This document shows, piece after piece, positions 24,965-37,194 of a DNA stretch of 64,000 nt. Below the pieces are notes generated by a model that made no database searches, was not told the DNA's origin, and worked only from the letters and a program-made list of their open reading frames with translations. Both the position numbers and the translations under genes were made by a program. The DNA is from Heptranchias perlo (taxonomy: Eukaryota). Each line of letters starts with the position of its first letter. Position 1 is the stretch's first letter. Where the stretch lies: positions 868,001 through 932,000 of the forward strand of contig NW_027139666.1 of NCBI RefSeq assembly GCF_035084215.1. The letters run 5' to 3'.

Positions 24965-25419
24965 CTCCAACAGCTCGGTAACACAGGTCGCTGTCCTCTA
25001 TGGGCAGTTGTCCAAGATGCACAACGAGACAGATATCAACAGCTGCTGGAAGACCATCAATTCGGTCAAGGAGGCCTTTTGTTCCCCCGAAACCTGCAGG
25101 TCTTCCAGCCGAGGGAACTCTCCGCGGCCAAGTGTTGGCCACTGGCACAATCCAAGGTCCAGTATTTCATGCTGAGCTGCACACTGAAGCGAGGTGCGGC
25201 CTACACAAAGGCTTTATGGGGAAAGGCAACCGTGTACGGCTATCCCACCTTGTATTGTACAGCATGTGTTAGAAGATATTTACTGTGTTTTGACTTGTAA
25301 TAATGGAATCGTATGATGTGTATTGTATTTGTTTTGAATTGTAATTGTAATATTTACATTGCACTGTGTCTATTCATGAATTTTATGAGATAAAGTATAT
25401 TTTGAAATATTCAAAAAAA
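24965..25419 (+). mobile_element. 3' end of a Tx1/L1-clade LINE (ORF2 C-terminus, T-rich 3'UTR, A tail)
   Basis: Translates, with a frameshift, to VTQVAVLYG...ETDINSCWKTINSVKEA / RNLQVFQ..ELS..KC..LAQSKVQ...KALWGKATV; followed by a TG-rich UTR and ataaagtatattttgaaatattcaaaaaaa. Confidence 0.7.
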
Positions 25420-25939
25420 GTTCCAGTCTCACTATGTCTATTCTTATCGTAAAGATGTTGGAAGTTATACAAATATCATTTATTACAGGCATCAGGTGAG
25501 AAATAGGGAGTATTTTCTTAAGGGTGAGAAACTAGGGACTGTGGAGGAGCAGAGGGGTTTGCGTGTCCAGGTACAGCAATCAATAAAAATAAGTGCACAA
25601 GTGTAAAAAATGAATGAAAGATCCCAATTTCTAGGCTGTCATATCCCAAGGTACCGCTATCAGGTACTTTCCCAACTCTGTGGAATTTGCTGATACAATC
25701 AGGCCCCACTGCCTCCCTTGCTGGTCCATTCCATACATCCAGCGCCCTCTGCATTAAAAAATATATATTCAAGCATTCTGCTCATCCTGTGCCCCAGGTA
25801 GAGAAGATTGAAAGTGACAGGAGGACCCAGACCATTAGCCTTATGTGAGTTTGGACATTTCTGTTTTTGATTCAGATTATTGAATTTGCAATTTATCCAC
25901 TTTTTTGTACATTTCTATTTTTATTTTTTGAACAAATTC

Positions 25940-26340
25940 TCCAAACCCTGTGCGCAGTGAGTGCTGACTCCGGGCCCTTTGAATGACAGCCCTCACCTCC
26001 GCCCGCCTGGGTCCTGGGCTGACTCCTCCTATCACCTGACACGCGGTACCGTCTCTCACCTTTACGCGCTGACATCGCGATGCGTTCATGCAACTCCGGC
26101 CCGAGGGACGCCGCGCGGTCCCGATGCCGCGTTGCTTTCGCAACAGGCGCGTCCAGGGAGGATGATGATGGCGGCCTCGGGTCGGCGGTCGGAGGGCCGC
26201 TGCTGTGGGCGGGGTCGAGACCGACAGAGGGAGGGTCCGCATCTGGAAATGGCCTGGGCTCCGGGGCTTTGGAATGGCGCAGTGAGGCCGGTCCGGGCAA
26301 CAGCTCCTCCGACTTCAGGCCCGATTGGCTTTAATGGGGT
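25940..26340. promoter_or_regulatory. CpG island with RFX-like and YY1-like motifs
   Basis: Dense CpG, GTTGCTTTCGCAAC at 26131-26144, GATGGCGGCC ~26167, GGGCGGGG and ATTGG. Confidence 0.6.
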
Positions 26341-26830
26341 CGCAACCCCCGGGACGGAGGGACCGAGACCCCGGGACGGTGGGACCGAGACCCCGTGATG
26401 GAGGGACCGAGACCCCGGGATGGAGGGACCGAGACCCTGGAACGGTGGGACTGAGACCCCGGGACGGAGGGACCGCGACCCCGGGACGGTGGGACCGAGA
26501 CCCCGGGATGGAGGGACCGCGACCCCGGGACGTTGGGACCGAGACCCCAGGGACGGAGGGACCGCGACCCCGGGATGGTGGGATCGCGATCCTGGGAGAG
26601 CGGGGCGTCGACCCCGGGATGGAGGAACTGCTACCCCAGGGATGGCGGGACTGTGACCCCGCGGACGGAGGGACCGCGACCCCGGGAGGGAGGGGCCGTG
26701 AACCCGGGATGGAGGGACCGGGACCCCAGGGACGGGGGGACCACGACCCCAGGGACGGAGGCACCGCAACCCCGGGATGGTGTGACCACGAACCCGCGAT
26801 GGAGGTATCGTGACCCCTGGAGGGAGGTGG
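26340..26830 (+). repeat. 22-bp GC/CpG-rich minisatellite, ~22 copies
   Basis: Unit gaccgagaccccgggacggwgg, decaying to the right. Confidence 0.95.
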
Positions 26831-27109
26831 TCCTTGAGTCCGTCCATGCTCTGTTGTGAGACCTCTGTGTGTGTCTTGCTCTGTTCGTGTTCTATTACAT
26901 TGGCTCCCGGTGTGGCAATGCCTCCATTTTAAAATTCTCATTCTCGTCTTCAAATCCCTCTATGGCCCTCACCCCCTCCCTATCTCTGCAACTTCTTCCA
27001 GCCCTACAATCCTCGTTTCAAATCCCTCCATGGCCCTCACCCCCACCCTATCTCTGTAATCCCCTGCAACCGATTTAATCTCCACCGACAACCGCATGTC
27101 TCGCCACCC

Positions 27110-27327
27110 TCAGTGCTCGGTCTCTCAGTCCTGTATAACACACAGTCAGTGCTTGGACACTCAGTCCTGTTATATACAGAGTCAGTGTTAAGACACTCAG
27201 TCCTGTTATATACAGAGTCAGTGCTAAGACACTCAGTCCTGTTATAGACACAGTCAGTGCTGGGACATTCAGTCCTGTTATACACACACTCAGTGCTGGG
27301 ACATTCAGTCCTGTTATACACAGTCAG
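27110..27327 (+). repeat. 36-bp minisatellite, ~6 copies
   Basis: Unit tcagtgctaagacactcagtcctgttatatacagag. Confidence 0.92.
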
Positions 27328-27334
27328 ATAAATA

Positions 27335-28655
27335 AATAACTGCAAACTAAGAATGAAATCTCCAGGACCTGACGGTTTCCACACCAGAGTTTTAAAGGAA
27401 ACAGGTGGGGAAATTGCAGATGCATTCATCATAATTTCCCAAAGCTCTCCAGACTCAGGAATTGTGCCTTTGGATATGAATGTTGAACATGTCACTCCGT
27501 TTATTTAAGAAAGGAGGGAGGGAGAAACCAGGTCAATACAGACTTGTCATTTTAACGTCGGTTGTGGGGAACTTACTTAAACCTATCATGAGAGACAAAA
27601 TGAGCTGGTCAAAGAGAGTCAACTTGGATTCGTGAAGGGCAGGTCATGTCTGACTAATTTAGTTGGATTTGTTGAGGAATCTAACAAGGTGGACAGAGGA
27701 GTGTCTATGAAGGTTTTCTATATGGACTTACAGAAAGCATTTGAAAAGGTTCAGCACAAGAGATTAATAGAATAAATAAAAGGCACAAAATTGAAAGTGA
27801 CCTTGTGACTTGGGTTGGAATTGGTTGGGAGGTCGGACAAAAGAGTAAGGAGAAAGGGAATGTTCTTTGATTGGCGGGATATGACTGGTGGTGTCCCCAG
27901 GGATCTGTACTGGGGCCTCAGCTTTCCACCACATTTATCAATAACTTGGATGAAGCAATAGAGAGTAATAGGTCCAAGTTTCCAGATGACACTTCGTTAT
28001 GAAGTGCAGTAAGTTGTGTAGACGGAAGCAGGAAGTTACAAAGGGAAAGTTTAAGCGAATGGACAAACTGTGGCAGATGGAGTTCAATGTGGGGAAGTGT
28101 GAGATCATTCAATATGGAAGCAAAAAGGAAACATTGGAGTATTTTCTGAAAGTGAGAGACTGGGAATGGTGAAGTAGCAAAGGGATTTGGGTGTCCATGG
28201 ACACAAATCACTAAAGGCTAGTGCACAGATGCAAAAAGCAACCACAGACAAATGGCATTTATCTCCAGTGTTGGAATACAAAGGGAAGGAAGTGATGCTT
28301 CAGTTCTACAGAGCCTTGGTCAGAGCCCATCTGGAGTACTGATCCTCACCAAGGATATATTGGCCTTGGAGGGGGGACAGTGCAGATTCACCAGAATGAT
28401 ACTGGGGCTTGAAGTGTTCAATTATGAGGACCGGTTGCATAAACTTGGTTTTGCATTCCCTTGAGTTTTGAAGTATGAGGGGTGATCTGATCCAGGGATA
28501 TAAAATAATAAAGGGATTCGATAGGGTAGAAAAAGAAACTATTTTCTCTGGTGGGTGAATCCAGAACAAGAGGCCATAGCCTTAAATTTAGAACTAGGGC
28601 GTCTAGGATTGAAATCAGGAAGCTCTTTTTCACACAAGGAGAGTGGAAATCTGCT
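27335..28655 (+). mobile_element. Decayed CR1 ORF2 (RT region)
   Basis: [38 protein letters not shown] and WQMEFN motifs with many stops and frameshifts. Confidence 0.88.
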
Positions 28656-28994
28656 CAGGCTGATTGAAGTGGACCCTGTGATATAATAGAATTTTATGTC
28701 CTGTCAGACTTGGACATCTTGTAGATCCATCTTTTAAAAAGGTGGAGGAGCTCAGTTCTAAGACGTATTCCACTCACGTCGTCATAAGTCCTCAAACTGT
28801 TTCTTTTATCAACGAGATATGAAGGTCAAAAACACTGTGTTTAAAAGAAAGCTGATTTATTTGACACTTGTACAGAATACTAAACTCCAGCCCAGTAAAA
28901 GGGGGTCATTAACATCAGAAACAAACTCCAACTGTCAGAATGAACATGGTTTAGTCCTGGATACAGCAATAACAGCAGAATCCAATCCCTGCAG

Positions 28995-30005
28995 TCACAT
29001 GTGAACTCGCTGGTGACTCAGCAGGAATGATGACTGAGTGAATCGCATTCCACACACGGAACAGGTGATCGTCCTCTCCCCGGTGTGAATACGTTCATGT
29101 CTCATCAGATCCCATGTTCTTTTAAAGCTCTTCTCACAGTTAGAACATTTAAAGGGTCTCTTTTCAGTGTGAACAAGTTGGTGTTCAATCAGGCCGGATG
29201 AACAAGTGAATTCCTTCCCACACACAGAGCAGGTGAATGGCCTCTCCCCGATGTGAACTTGCTGATGTCTCAGGAGGTGGGATGATCGAGTGAATCGCTT
29301 CCCACACACAGAGCAGGTGAACGGCATCTCCCCAGTGTGGACTCGCTGGTGTGTCAGTAGGCTGGATGACCGAGTAAATCCCTTCCCACACACGGAGCAG
29401 ATGAACGGCCTCTCCCCAGTGTGAGTACGTTGGTGTGTCAGCAGATCACTTTTTCTTTTAAAGCTCTTCTCACAGACAGAACATTTAAAAAGACACTTAT
29501 CAGTGTGAACAAGTTGATGTTCAATGAGGTGGGAAGATTGAGTGAATCCGCTCCCACACACGGAGCAGGTGAACGGCCTCTCCCCAGTGTGAATTCGCTG
29601 GTGTGTCAGCAGGTTGGATGACTGAATGAATCCCTTCCCACACACGGAGCAGGTGAACGGCCTCTCCCCAGTGTGAATTCGCTGGTGTGTCAGCAGGTTG
29701 GATGACTGAATGAATCCCTTCCCACACACGGAGCAGGTGAACGGCCTCTCCCCACTGTGAATGCGTTGGTGTGTCAGCAGATCACTTTTTCTTTTGAAGT
29801 TCTTCTCACAGACAGAACATTTAAAAAGTCTCTTATCAGTGTGAACAAGTTGATGTTCAATGAGGTGGGATGACTGAGTGAATCCCTTCCCACAAATGGA
29901 GCAGGTGAACGGCCTCTCCCCGGTGTGTCTGTGTCGATGAGTTTCCAGCCGGGACGAGTAACTGAATCCCCTCCCACAGTCCCCACATTTCCACGGTTTC
30001 TCCAT
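28995..30005 (-). CDS. C2H2 zinc finger protein, 12 tandem fingers, 336 aa, no effector domain visible
   Basis: 12 CxxC-x12-HxxxH units with TGERPF linkers. ATG of MEKPWKC at 30005. Acceptor ctccttttacag| at 30359 (terminal exon starts 30358). AATAAA at 28855-28860 (minus). Confidence 0.92.
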   Translation of the reverse strand: MEKPWKCGDCGRGFSYSSRLETHRHRHTGERPFTCSICGKGFTQSSHLIEHQLVHTDKRLFKCSVCEKNFKRKSDLLTHQRIHSGERPFTCSVCGKGFIQSSNLLTHQRIHTGERPFTCSVCGKGFIQSSNLLTHQRIHTGERPFTCSVCGSGFTQSSHLIEHQLVHTDKCLFKCSVCEKSFKRKSDLLTHQRTHTGERPFICSVCGKGFTRSSSLLTHQRVHTGEMPFTCSVCGKRFTRSSHLLRHQQVHIGERPFTCSVCGKEFTCSSGLIEHQLVHTEKRPFKCSNCEKSFKRTWDLMRHERIHTGERTITCSVCGMRFTQSSFLLSHQRVHM

Positions 30006-30564
30006 GGTGCAGGCGTCCACGTGTCTCTCCAGGTTGGACGATCAATACAAGTCTCGTCTGCACAGAGAACATTTGTCTGGTTTCTCCCCACTGTGAATGG
30101 TACGATGTTTTTTCAGGCTGTGTAACTGGTTAAAATTCTTTCCACAGTCAGTGCACTGGAACACTCTCACTCGGGTGTGTGTGTCTCGCTGCTATTCCAG
30201 CCACAGTGATGTTTGAAATCTTTTCCCACAGATGGAACAGATCAACATTTCTCCTGTATTTTAAGGCCGATAATCTTCAGGTGCTGGTGAATAGAGTCAG
30301 ATCTTGACGTGATGTTTGGTTTTCGTTTCTCGTCTACAAATCCTCCCCTTCTAATACCCTGTAAAAGGAGATAACAAAAGTCCTCACTGTGAATACGGAA
30401 TAGAAATTCAGAACAGGTAATTCTAGTTTCTATGGAACATTCTACTCGCTCATTCCCCCTGACTGTAAATCCCCGGCCCGCACACTCACCCTCCTCTGAC
30501 TGCTGAAACGCAAACCCATCGCACAACTTGCAACAATTTTCCTTCTATTTAATTTTTCTGTCTT

Positions 30565-30835
30565 GAAGATCCCGACTCGGACTGGTTTCAGTTCTACACT
30601 CACTGGTTCCATTCCCTCTCCTCCACTGAAGGTGCTTGCTCTGGCTAGGTTCAGTTCTACACTCACTGCTCCCCCACCCTCTCTTCCCCTGAAGGTGCTG
30701 ACTCTGGCTGGATTCAGTTCTAAACTCACTGGTTCCCCTCCCTCTCCTCCCCTGAAGGTGGTGACTCTGGTTGGATTCAGTTCGACACTCACTGGTTCCC
30801 CTCTCCTCTCCTGAAGATGCTCACTCTTGCTGTGT
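30565..30835 (+). repeat. 63-bp minisatellite, ~4 copies, in the ZNF intron
   Basis: Unit gaaggtgctgactctggctggattcagttctacactcactggttcccctccctctcctcccct. Confidence 0.9.
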
Positions 30836-30924
30836 GTATCTGGTCTCCCCCTCATTTCGACACTATGTAACTCCCTATAGCTGCCTGTAAGCAGTCCATA
30901 TGTAATATCTCCCAAATTTTGCGA

Positions 30925-32190
30925 CGGAATCTCCCTGACCAGTCACCATTTCTCCTTCATTTACAGACACTCCCTGACCAAACACCACTTCTCCTTCATT
31001 TATAGACGCTCCCTGAACCTTCGCCATTTCTCCTTCATTTACAAACTCTTTCTCACCAGTCAGCATTTTCCTTCATTAATAGACGCTCCCTGGCCCATCA
31101 CTATTTCTTCTTCATTTGGAGACATTACCTGACCTGTCAACATTTCTCCTGCATTCACAGACACTCCCGGACCAATCACCGTTCCTCCTTCATTGACAGA
31201 CACTCCTTGACCAGTTACTATTTCTCCGTCATTTACAAACGCTGCCTGACAAGTCACCATTTCTCCATCATTTACAGACTCTGCCTGAACTGTCACCATT
31301 TCTCCGTCATTTATAGATACTCCCTATCCCGTCACCGTTTCTCCTTCATTTACAGACACTCCCTGACCTGTCACCATGTCCTCTCTCATTTATAGATACT
31401 CCCTTAACAGATGCCATTTCACCTGCATTTGTAAACACGCCCTGACCCGTCACCATTCCTCCTTCATTTATAGACACGCCCTGACCTGTCACCATTTCGA
31501 TTTCATTTATAGACACTCCCTAACCAGACACTATTTTTCCATCATTTACAGACACTCCATAATCAGACAATTTTTCCTTCATTTGCAGACACTCCCTGAC
31601 TGATCACCATTTCTTCTTCATTTACAGACATTCACTGACCCATCCCCATTTCTCTTTCATTTATCGACACTCCCTGACCCTTCACCGTTTCTCATTCACA
31701 TGTAGACACTTCCTCACCCGGCAACATTTATCGTTCATTTAGAGACAATCCCTGTCCAGTCACCATTTTTCCTTCATTTACAGACACTCCCTAACCAGTC
31801 AGCATTTTTCCTTCATTTAAAGACACTCCCTGGCCGTCCCCATTCCTCCTTCATTTATAGACACTCCCTGACCTGTCACCAGTTCTCCTTCATTTGCAGA
31901 CACTCCATGACCAGTCACCATTTATCCTTCATTTACGGACACTCCATGACCAGTCATAATTTCTCCTTCATTGACAGACGCTCCCTGAACGTCCCCATTT
32001 CTACTTCATTCAGAGACACTTCCTAACCAATCACCATTTCTCCTTCATTGACAGACGCTCCCTGACCGTCCCCATTCTACTTTATTTACAGACACTCCCT
32101 GACCTGTCACATTTCTACTTCATTTGCAGACACTCCCTGACCGGTTATCATTTCTGCTTCATTTGCAGACACTCACTGACCAGTCACCTC
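30925..32190 (+). repeat. 39-bp minisatellite, ~32 diverged copies
   Basis: Unit agacactccctgaccagtcaccatttctccttcatttac; unrelated to the 17.7 kb 39-mer. Confidence 0.95.
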
Positions 32191-32269
32191 CTCTCACCGC
32201 ATCTCCCTCCAGATGTCCGTTCACTTGTGAGCAAGGCCCTTGCCATCCACAATCTTATTGCGGATGGCT

Positions 32270-32501
32270 GCATTTCGGAACATCGGAACAGGAGTTGGCC
32301 ATTCAGCCCCACGAGCCGGTTCCGCCATTCAATTAGATCATGGCTGATTTACATCTTAACTCTATCTAACCTCCTTGGTATAATAATCCTTAATACTTTG
32401 GCCGAACAAAAATCTATCAATCTCAATTTTCAAATTTACAATTGACCCACAGCCTCAACAGCTTTTTGGAGTGAAGAGAGTTCCAGATTTCCACTACCCT
32501 T
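32270..32501 (-). mobile_element. 3' end of an older CR1 (continues at ~36890-37085)
   Basis: (TTCCGATG)2 tail, CR1 3'UTR hairpin region and ORF2 terminal sequence; collinear with RLYSLE...DLIEVFKMIRGFDR on the far side of the younger CR1. Confidence 0.8.
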
Positions 32502-32619
32502 TAAGAACATAAGAACATAAGAAATAGGAGCATGAGTCGGCCAATCGGCCCCTCGAGCCTGCTCCGCCATTCAATAAGATCATGGCTGATCTGATCTGAT
32601 CCTAACCTCAAATCTAAAT

Positions 32620-35556
32620 TCATGTCCAATTTCCTGCCCGCTCCCCGTAACCCCTAATTCCCTTTTCTTCGAGGAAACTGTCCATTTCTGTTTTAAATTT
32701 ATTTAATGATGTAGCTTCCACAGCTTCCTGGGGCAGCAAATTCCACAGACCTACTACCCTCTGAGTGAAGAAGTTTCTCCTCATCTCAGTTTTGAAAGAG
32801 CAGCCCCTTATTCTAAGATTATGCCCCCTAGTTCTCGTTTCACCCATCCTTGGGAACATCCTTACCGCATCCACCCGATCAAGACCCTTCACAATCTTAT
32901 ATGATTCAATAAGATCGCCTCTCATTCTTCTGAACTCCAATGAGTAGAGTCCCAATCTACTCAACCTTTCCTCATATGTCCGCCCCCTCATCCCCGGGAT
33001 TAACCGAGTGAACCTTCTTTGTACTGCCTCGAGAGCAAGTATGTATTTTCTTAAGTATGGAGACCAAAAATGTATGCAGTATTCCAGGTGCGGTCTCACC
33101 AATACCTTATATAACTGCAGCAATACCTCCCTGTTTTTATATTCTATCCCCCTAACAAGAAAAGCCAACATTCCGTTGGCCTTCTTGATCACCTGCTGTA
33201 CCTGCAGACTAACTTTTTGATGTTCTTGCACTGGGACCCCCAAATCCCTTTGTACTTCAGTACTTTCCAATTTCTCGCCATTAAGATAATAACTTGCTCT
33301 CCGATTTTTCCTGCCAAAGTGCATAACCTGACATTTTCCAATATTGTATTGCATCTGCCAAATCTCACCCTGCCTGTCTCTCTCCACTTGTAGGTTTTTT
33401 ATGTCCTCCTCACTCTCTACTTTCCCTCCCATCTTTGTATCATCTGCAAACTTTGATATGTTACACTCGGCCCCCTCCTCCAAATCGTTAATATCGATTG
33501 TAAAGAGTTGGGGACCCAGCACCTACCCCTGCGGAACACCACTGGCTACAGGTTGCCAGTCCGAGAATGCACCATTTATCCCAACTCTCTGCTTCCTGTT
33601 ACATAACCTATCCTCCACCCATGCCAGAATATTACCCCCAATCCAGTGATTCTTTATCTTGAGCAATAATCTTTTATGTGGCACCTTGTCGAATGCCTTC
33701 TGGAAGTCCAAATACACTACGTCCACTGGTTCCTCTTTATCCACCCTGTACGTTATATCCTCAAAGAACTCAAGCGTATTCGTCAGACGTGACTTCCCCT
33801 TCGTAAAGCCATGCTGACTTTGTCCTATTAAATTATGTTTATCCAAATGTTCCGCTACTGTCTCCTTAATAATGGACTCCAAAATTTTAACCACCACAGA
33901 TGTTAGGCTAACTGGTCTATAATTTCCAGCCTTCTACCTAATACCCTTTTTAAATAAGGGTGTTACATTAGCAGTTTTCCAATCTGCCGGGACCTTGGCC
34001 GAGTCCAGAGAATTTTGTAAAATTATTACCAAAGCATCCACAATCCCTACTGCCACTTCCCTCAAGACCCTTGGATGTAAGCCATCAGGTCCAGGGGATT
34101 TATCCGCCTTGAGTCCCATTAATTTACTGAGTACCAATTCCTTAGTGATTTTAATCGTATTTAGCTCCTCCCCCCCGAGAGCCCCCTGTTTGTCCAGTGT
34201 TGGGATATTCTTAGTGTCCTCTGCAGTAAAGACTGAAACAAAATATCTGTTCAGCATTTTTGCCATCTCCATGTTTCCCGGTCTCATCCTCTAAAGGACC
34301 TCTGTTTGCCTTCGCCACCCTTTTTCTTTTTATATAAGTGTAGAAACTCTTGCTATCTGTTTTTATATTTTTTGCTAATTTATTTTCATAATCTATCTTC
34401 CCTTTCTTAATCAATCCTTTCGTTACTTTTTGCTGTCTTTTGAAGACTTCCCAATCTTCTATCCTCCACTTAGTTTGGCTACCTTATATGTCCATGTTTT
34501 TAGTCGGATACTATCCTTAATTTGTTTACTTAGCCACGCATGGCTGTCATTTCTTTTACACCCTTTTTTCCTCAGTGGAATATATATTTTTTGAAAGTTG
34601 TAAAATAACTCCTGAAATGAACACCACTGTTCATGTACCGTCTTACCCTTTAAACCATTTTCCCAGTCCACTTTAATCAATTCCGCTCTCATACCATCAT
34701 GGTCTCCTTTATTCAAGCCCAGTACGCTTGTTTGAGAACCAACCTTCTCAACCTCTAATTGCGTTTGGAATGTAACCATGTTGTGGTCACTCATTCCAAG
34801 GGGATCCTTAACGAGGACATTATTAAGTAATCCTGTCTCATTACACAGGACCAGGTCCAAGGTTGCTTGCCCCCTTGTGGGTTCAGTTACATACTGCTCA
34901 ACATATCCATCCCTAATACACTCAATAAACTCTTCCTCAAGGCTACCCTGCCCAATTTGATTTGTCCAGTTAATATGATAGTTAAAATCCCCCATAATTA
35001 TAGCTGTTCCCTTATTACATGCCCTTCTTCCAGCAGAGTTGCAACTATTAGGAGGCCTATATATCGCGCCCACGAGAGTTTTTTTCGCCTTATTATTCCT
35101 TATCTCTCCCCAAACTGTTTCATTATCCTGATCCTTTGTCCCAATATCTTTTCTCTGTATTACAGTGATTCCTTCCCTTATTAACATAGCCACCCCACCT
35201 CCCCTTCCTTCCTGCCTGTCCTTCCTAATTGTTAAATACCCTGGCATATTTAATTCCCAGTCGTTGTCACCCTGCAGCCATGTTTCTGTAATGGCCACAA
35301 GATCATACCCATACGTCGTTATTCGTGCCTTTAACTCGTCCATTTTGTTACGAATGCTACGTGCATTCAGATAAAAAACTTTCAAATATGTTTTGTGACA
35401 CTTAGTTCCTGCTTTTTCCTTTTTTAACACTTTAGCTTTTACTCCATACCTTCTGTCGCTTCCTGATACGCTTTCCTCTGTCTCCCTGCTTAAGTTCCCA
35501 ACCCCCTGCCACAGCTTTGATGCTGGGTTAATCGCCTTACGCCTTCTAGTTTTCAT
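32620..35556 (-). pseudogene. CR1 ORF2 (APE endonuclease plus RT), disrupted
   Basis: YLNARS, AITETWL, GDFN, LDLVL, SDHN (EN); QHGF, DFQKAFD, GVPQG*VLGP, FADD (RT). In-frame TAGs at 33523 and 33934 plus frameshifts. Confidence 0.93.
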
Positions 35557-35579
35557 TTTATCTATCGTGCCTAAAGTGC

Positions 35580-36698
35580 CTAAAGTACACTTTCTTTCCG
35601 CTGCTGTATGCTTTTGCCTTTCACTTGTTCTTGAACAACTGTTTGTACTATTTGTATTGTAGATTTCCCCTGGGTCTTCCCCTCTCTTGCTGCTCTCTTC
35701 TTTATTCCCTTCTGACTCCCCGCTGAGGTTCCCATCCCCCTGTCACTCAAGTTTAAACCTTCCACAACATCACTAGCAAACACCCCCGCGAGGACATTGG
35801 TCCCGGTCCTGCTCGGGTGTAACCCGTCACGCTTGTACAGGTCCCACCTTCCCCAGAACCGGTCCCAATGTCCCAGGAATCTAAATCCCTCCCTCCTACA
35901 CCTTCCCTGCAGCCACGCATTCATCCTGTCTATTCTCCTGTTCCTATACTCACTAGCACGTGGCACCGGTAGTAATCCTGAGATCACTACCTTTGAAGTC
36001 CTGCTTTTTAATTTATCTCCTAACTCCTTAAATTCACCTTGCAGGACCTCATCCCTTTTTTTACCAATGTCGTTGGTACCAATATGGACCACGACTACTG
36101 GCTGTTCACCCTCCCCCTCCAGAATGCCCTGTAGCCGCTCGGTGACATCCTTGACCCTAGCACCAGGGAGTCAACATACCATACTGGAGTCACGTTTGCG
36201 GCCGCAGAAACGCCTATCTGTTCCCCTTACAATTGAATCCCCTATCACAAAAGCCCTGCCACTCTTCTTCCTCCCCTCCTGTGCAGCAGAGCCACCCGTG
36301 GTGCCCCGAACCTGGCTCTTGCTGCTTTCCCCTGATAAGCCATCTCCCTCAACAGTATCCAAAGCAGAATATCTGTTTGAGAGGGAGACGGCCCCAGGGG
36401 ACTCCGGCTCTACCTGCCTAGTCATTTTATTCTGCCTGGCGGTGACCCATTTCCTTTCTGCCTGCGTTTTCTTTACCTGCGGTGTGACCACCTCACTGAA
36501 CGTGCTATCCACGATAGTCTCAGCATCGCGGATGCTCCACAGTGAATCCACCCGCAGCTCCAGCTCCGAAAGACGGTTAGCCAGTAGCTGCAGCTGGACA
36601 CACTTCCAGCACACATGGTCGCCAGGGACACTGGTAGTGTCCATGACTTCCCACATCGTGCAGGAGGAGCATATAACGGGTGCGAGCTGTGCTGCCAT
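35580..36698 (-). pseudogene. CR1 ORF1 (zinc finger/leucine zipper plus SGNH esterase) with one premature TGA
   Basis: CSSC...CWKC plus Leu heptads, IGDSIVR, HIGTND, DGLH. The two ORF-track pieces are in frame across the TGA at 36171-36173 (VC*LPGA). Confidence 0.92.
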
Positions 36699-37194
36699 GA
36701 CGTGCCTTCGACTCTTAGACTCTCTTCCCGCTCTCGGTCTCCCCTTTTATACTCGGCTCACCTCTCGGACTCTCCTGCCTCACCTGTGATGCCGCACAGT
36801 AGTTGTCTCTTGTTGCAGGTCTGCTGCTGCTTTTATTCCACAATCTCAGTCTTCTACTCTCAGGTCCACTGCCGCTCTGCGGGAAAAGTTCGGAAGACTT
36901 GCTTCCGGCCATCACCCCTCAATGGCCGAGATCTAATTTTCAGATGATTCAGCCTTGTTCTGGACTCTCCCACCAGAGGAAATAGTTTATCTCCATCTAT
37001 TCTATCAAAACCTCTAATCATCTTAAACACCTCAATTAGATCAGTCCTTAATCTTGTATATTCAAGAGAATAAAGCCTAGTCGACGCATCTGTGCACATC
37101 ATTTACATAATTCATCACCATAAATACAGGATAGAAATTCAGAACACACAGTTCTAGTTTCTCTGGAACATTCTTTTCTCCCTTGCCCATCCTA

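Larger units (their letters stand above)
32502..36890 (-). mobile_element. Essentially full-length (~4.4 kb) inactive CR1 LINE, nested in an older CR1
   Basis: (TTCTTATG)n tail ~32502-32522, 5'UTR, ORF1 and ORF2 in order, with several stops and frameshifts. Confidence 0.95.

Noticed and set aside
26086-26953. Pro/Gly/Arg-rich ORFs
   Set aside because: Translation of the 22-bp GC minisatellite.
30875-32190. VTGQGVSVNEGEM-like repeat peptides as a ZNF N-terminal domain
   Set aside because: Frequent stops and frameshifts; behaves as an intronic minisatellite.
35797-36789. 330-aa plus-strand ORF
   Set aside because: Antisense shadow of CR1 ORF1.
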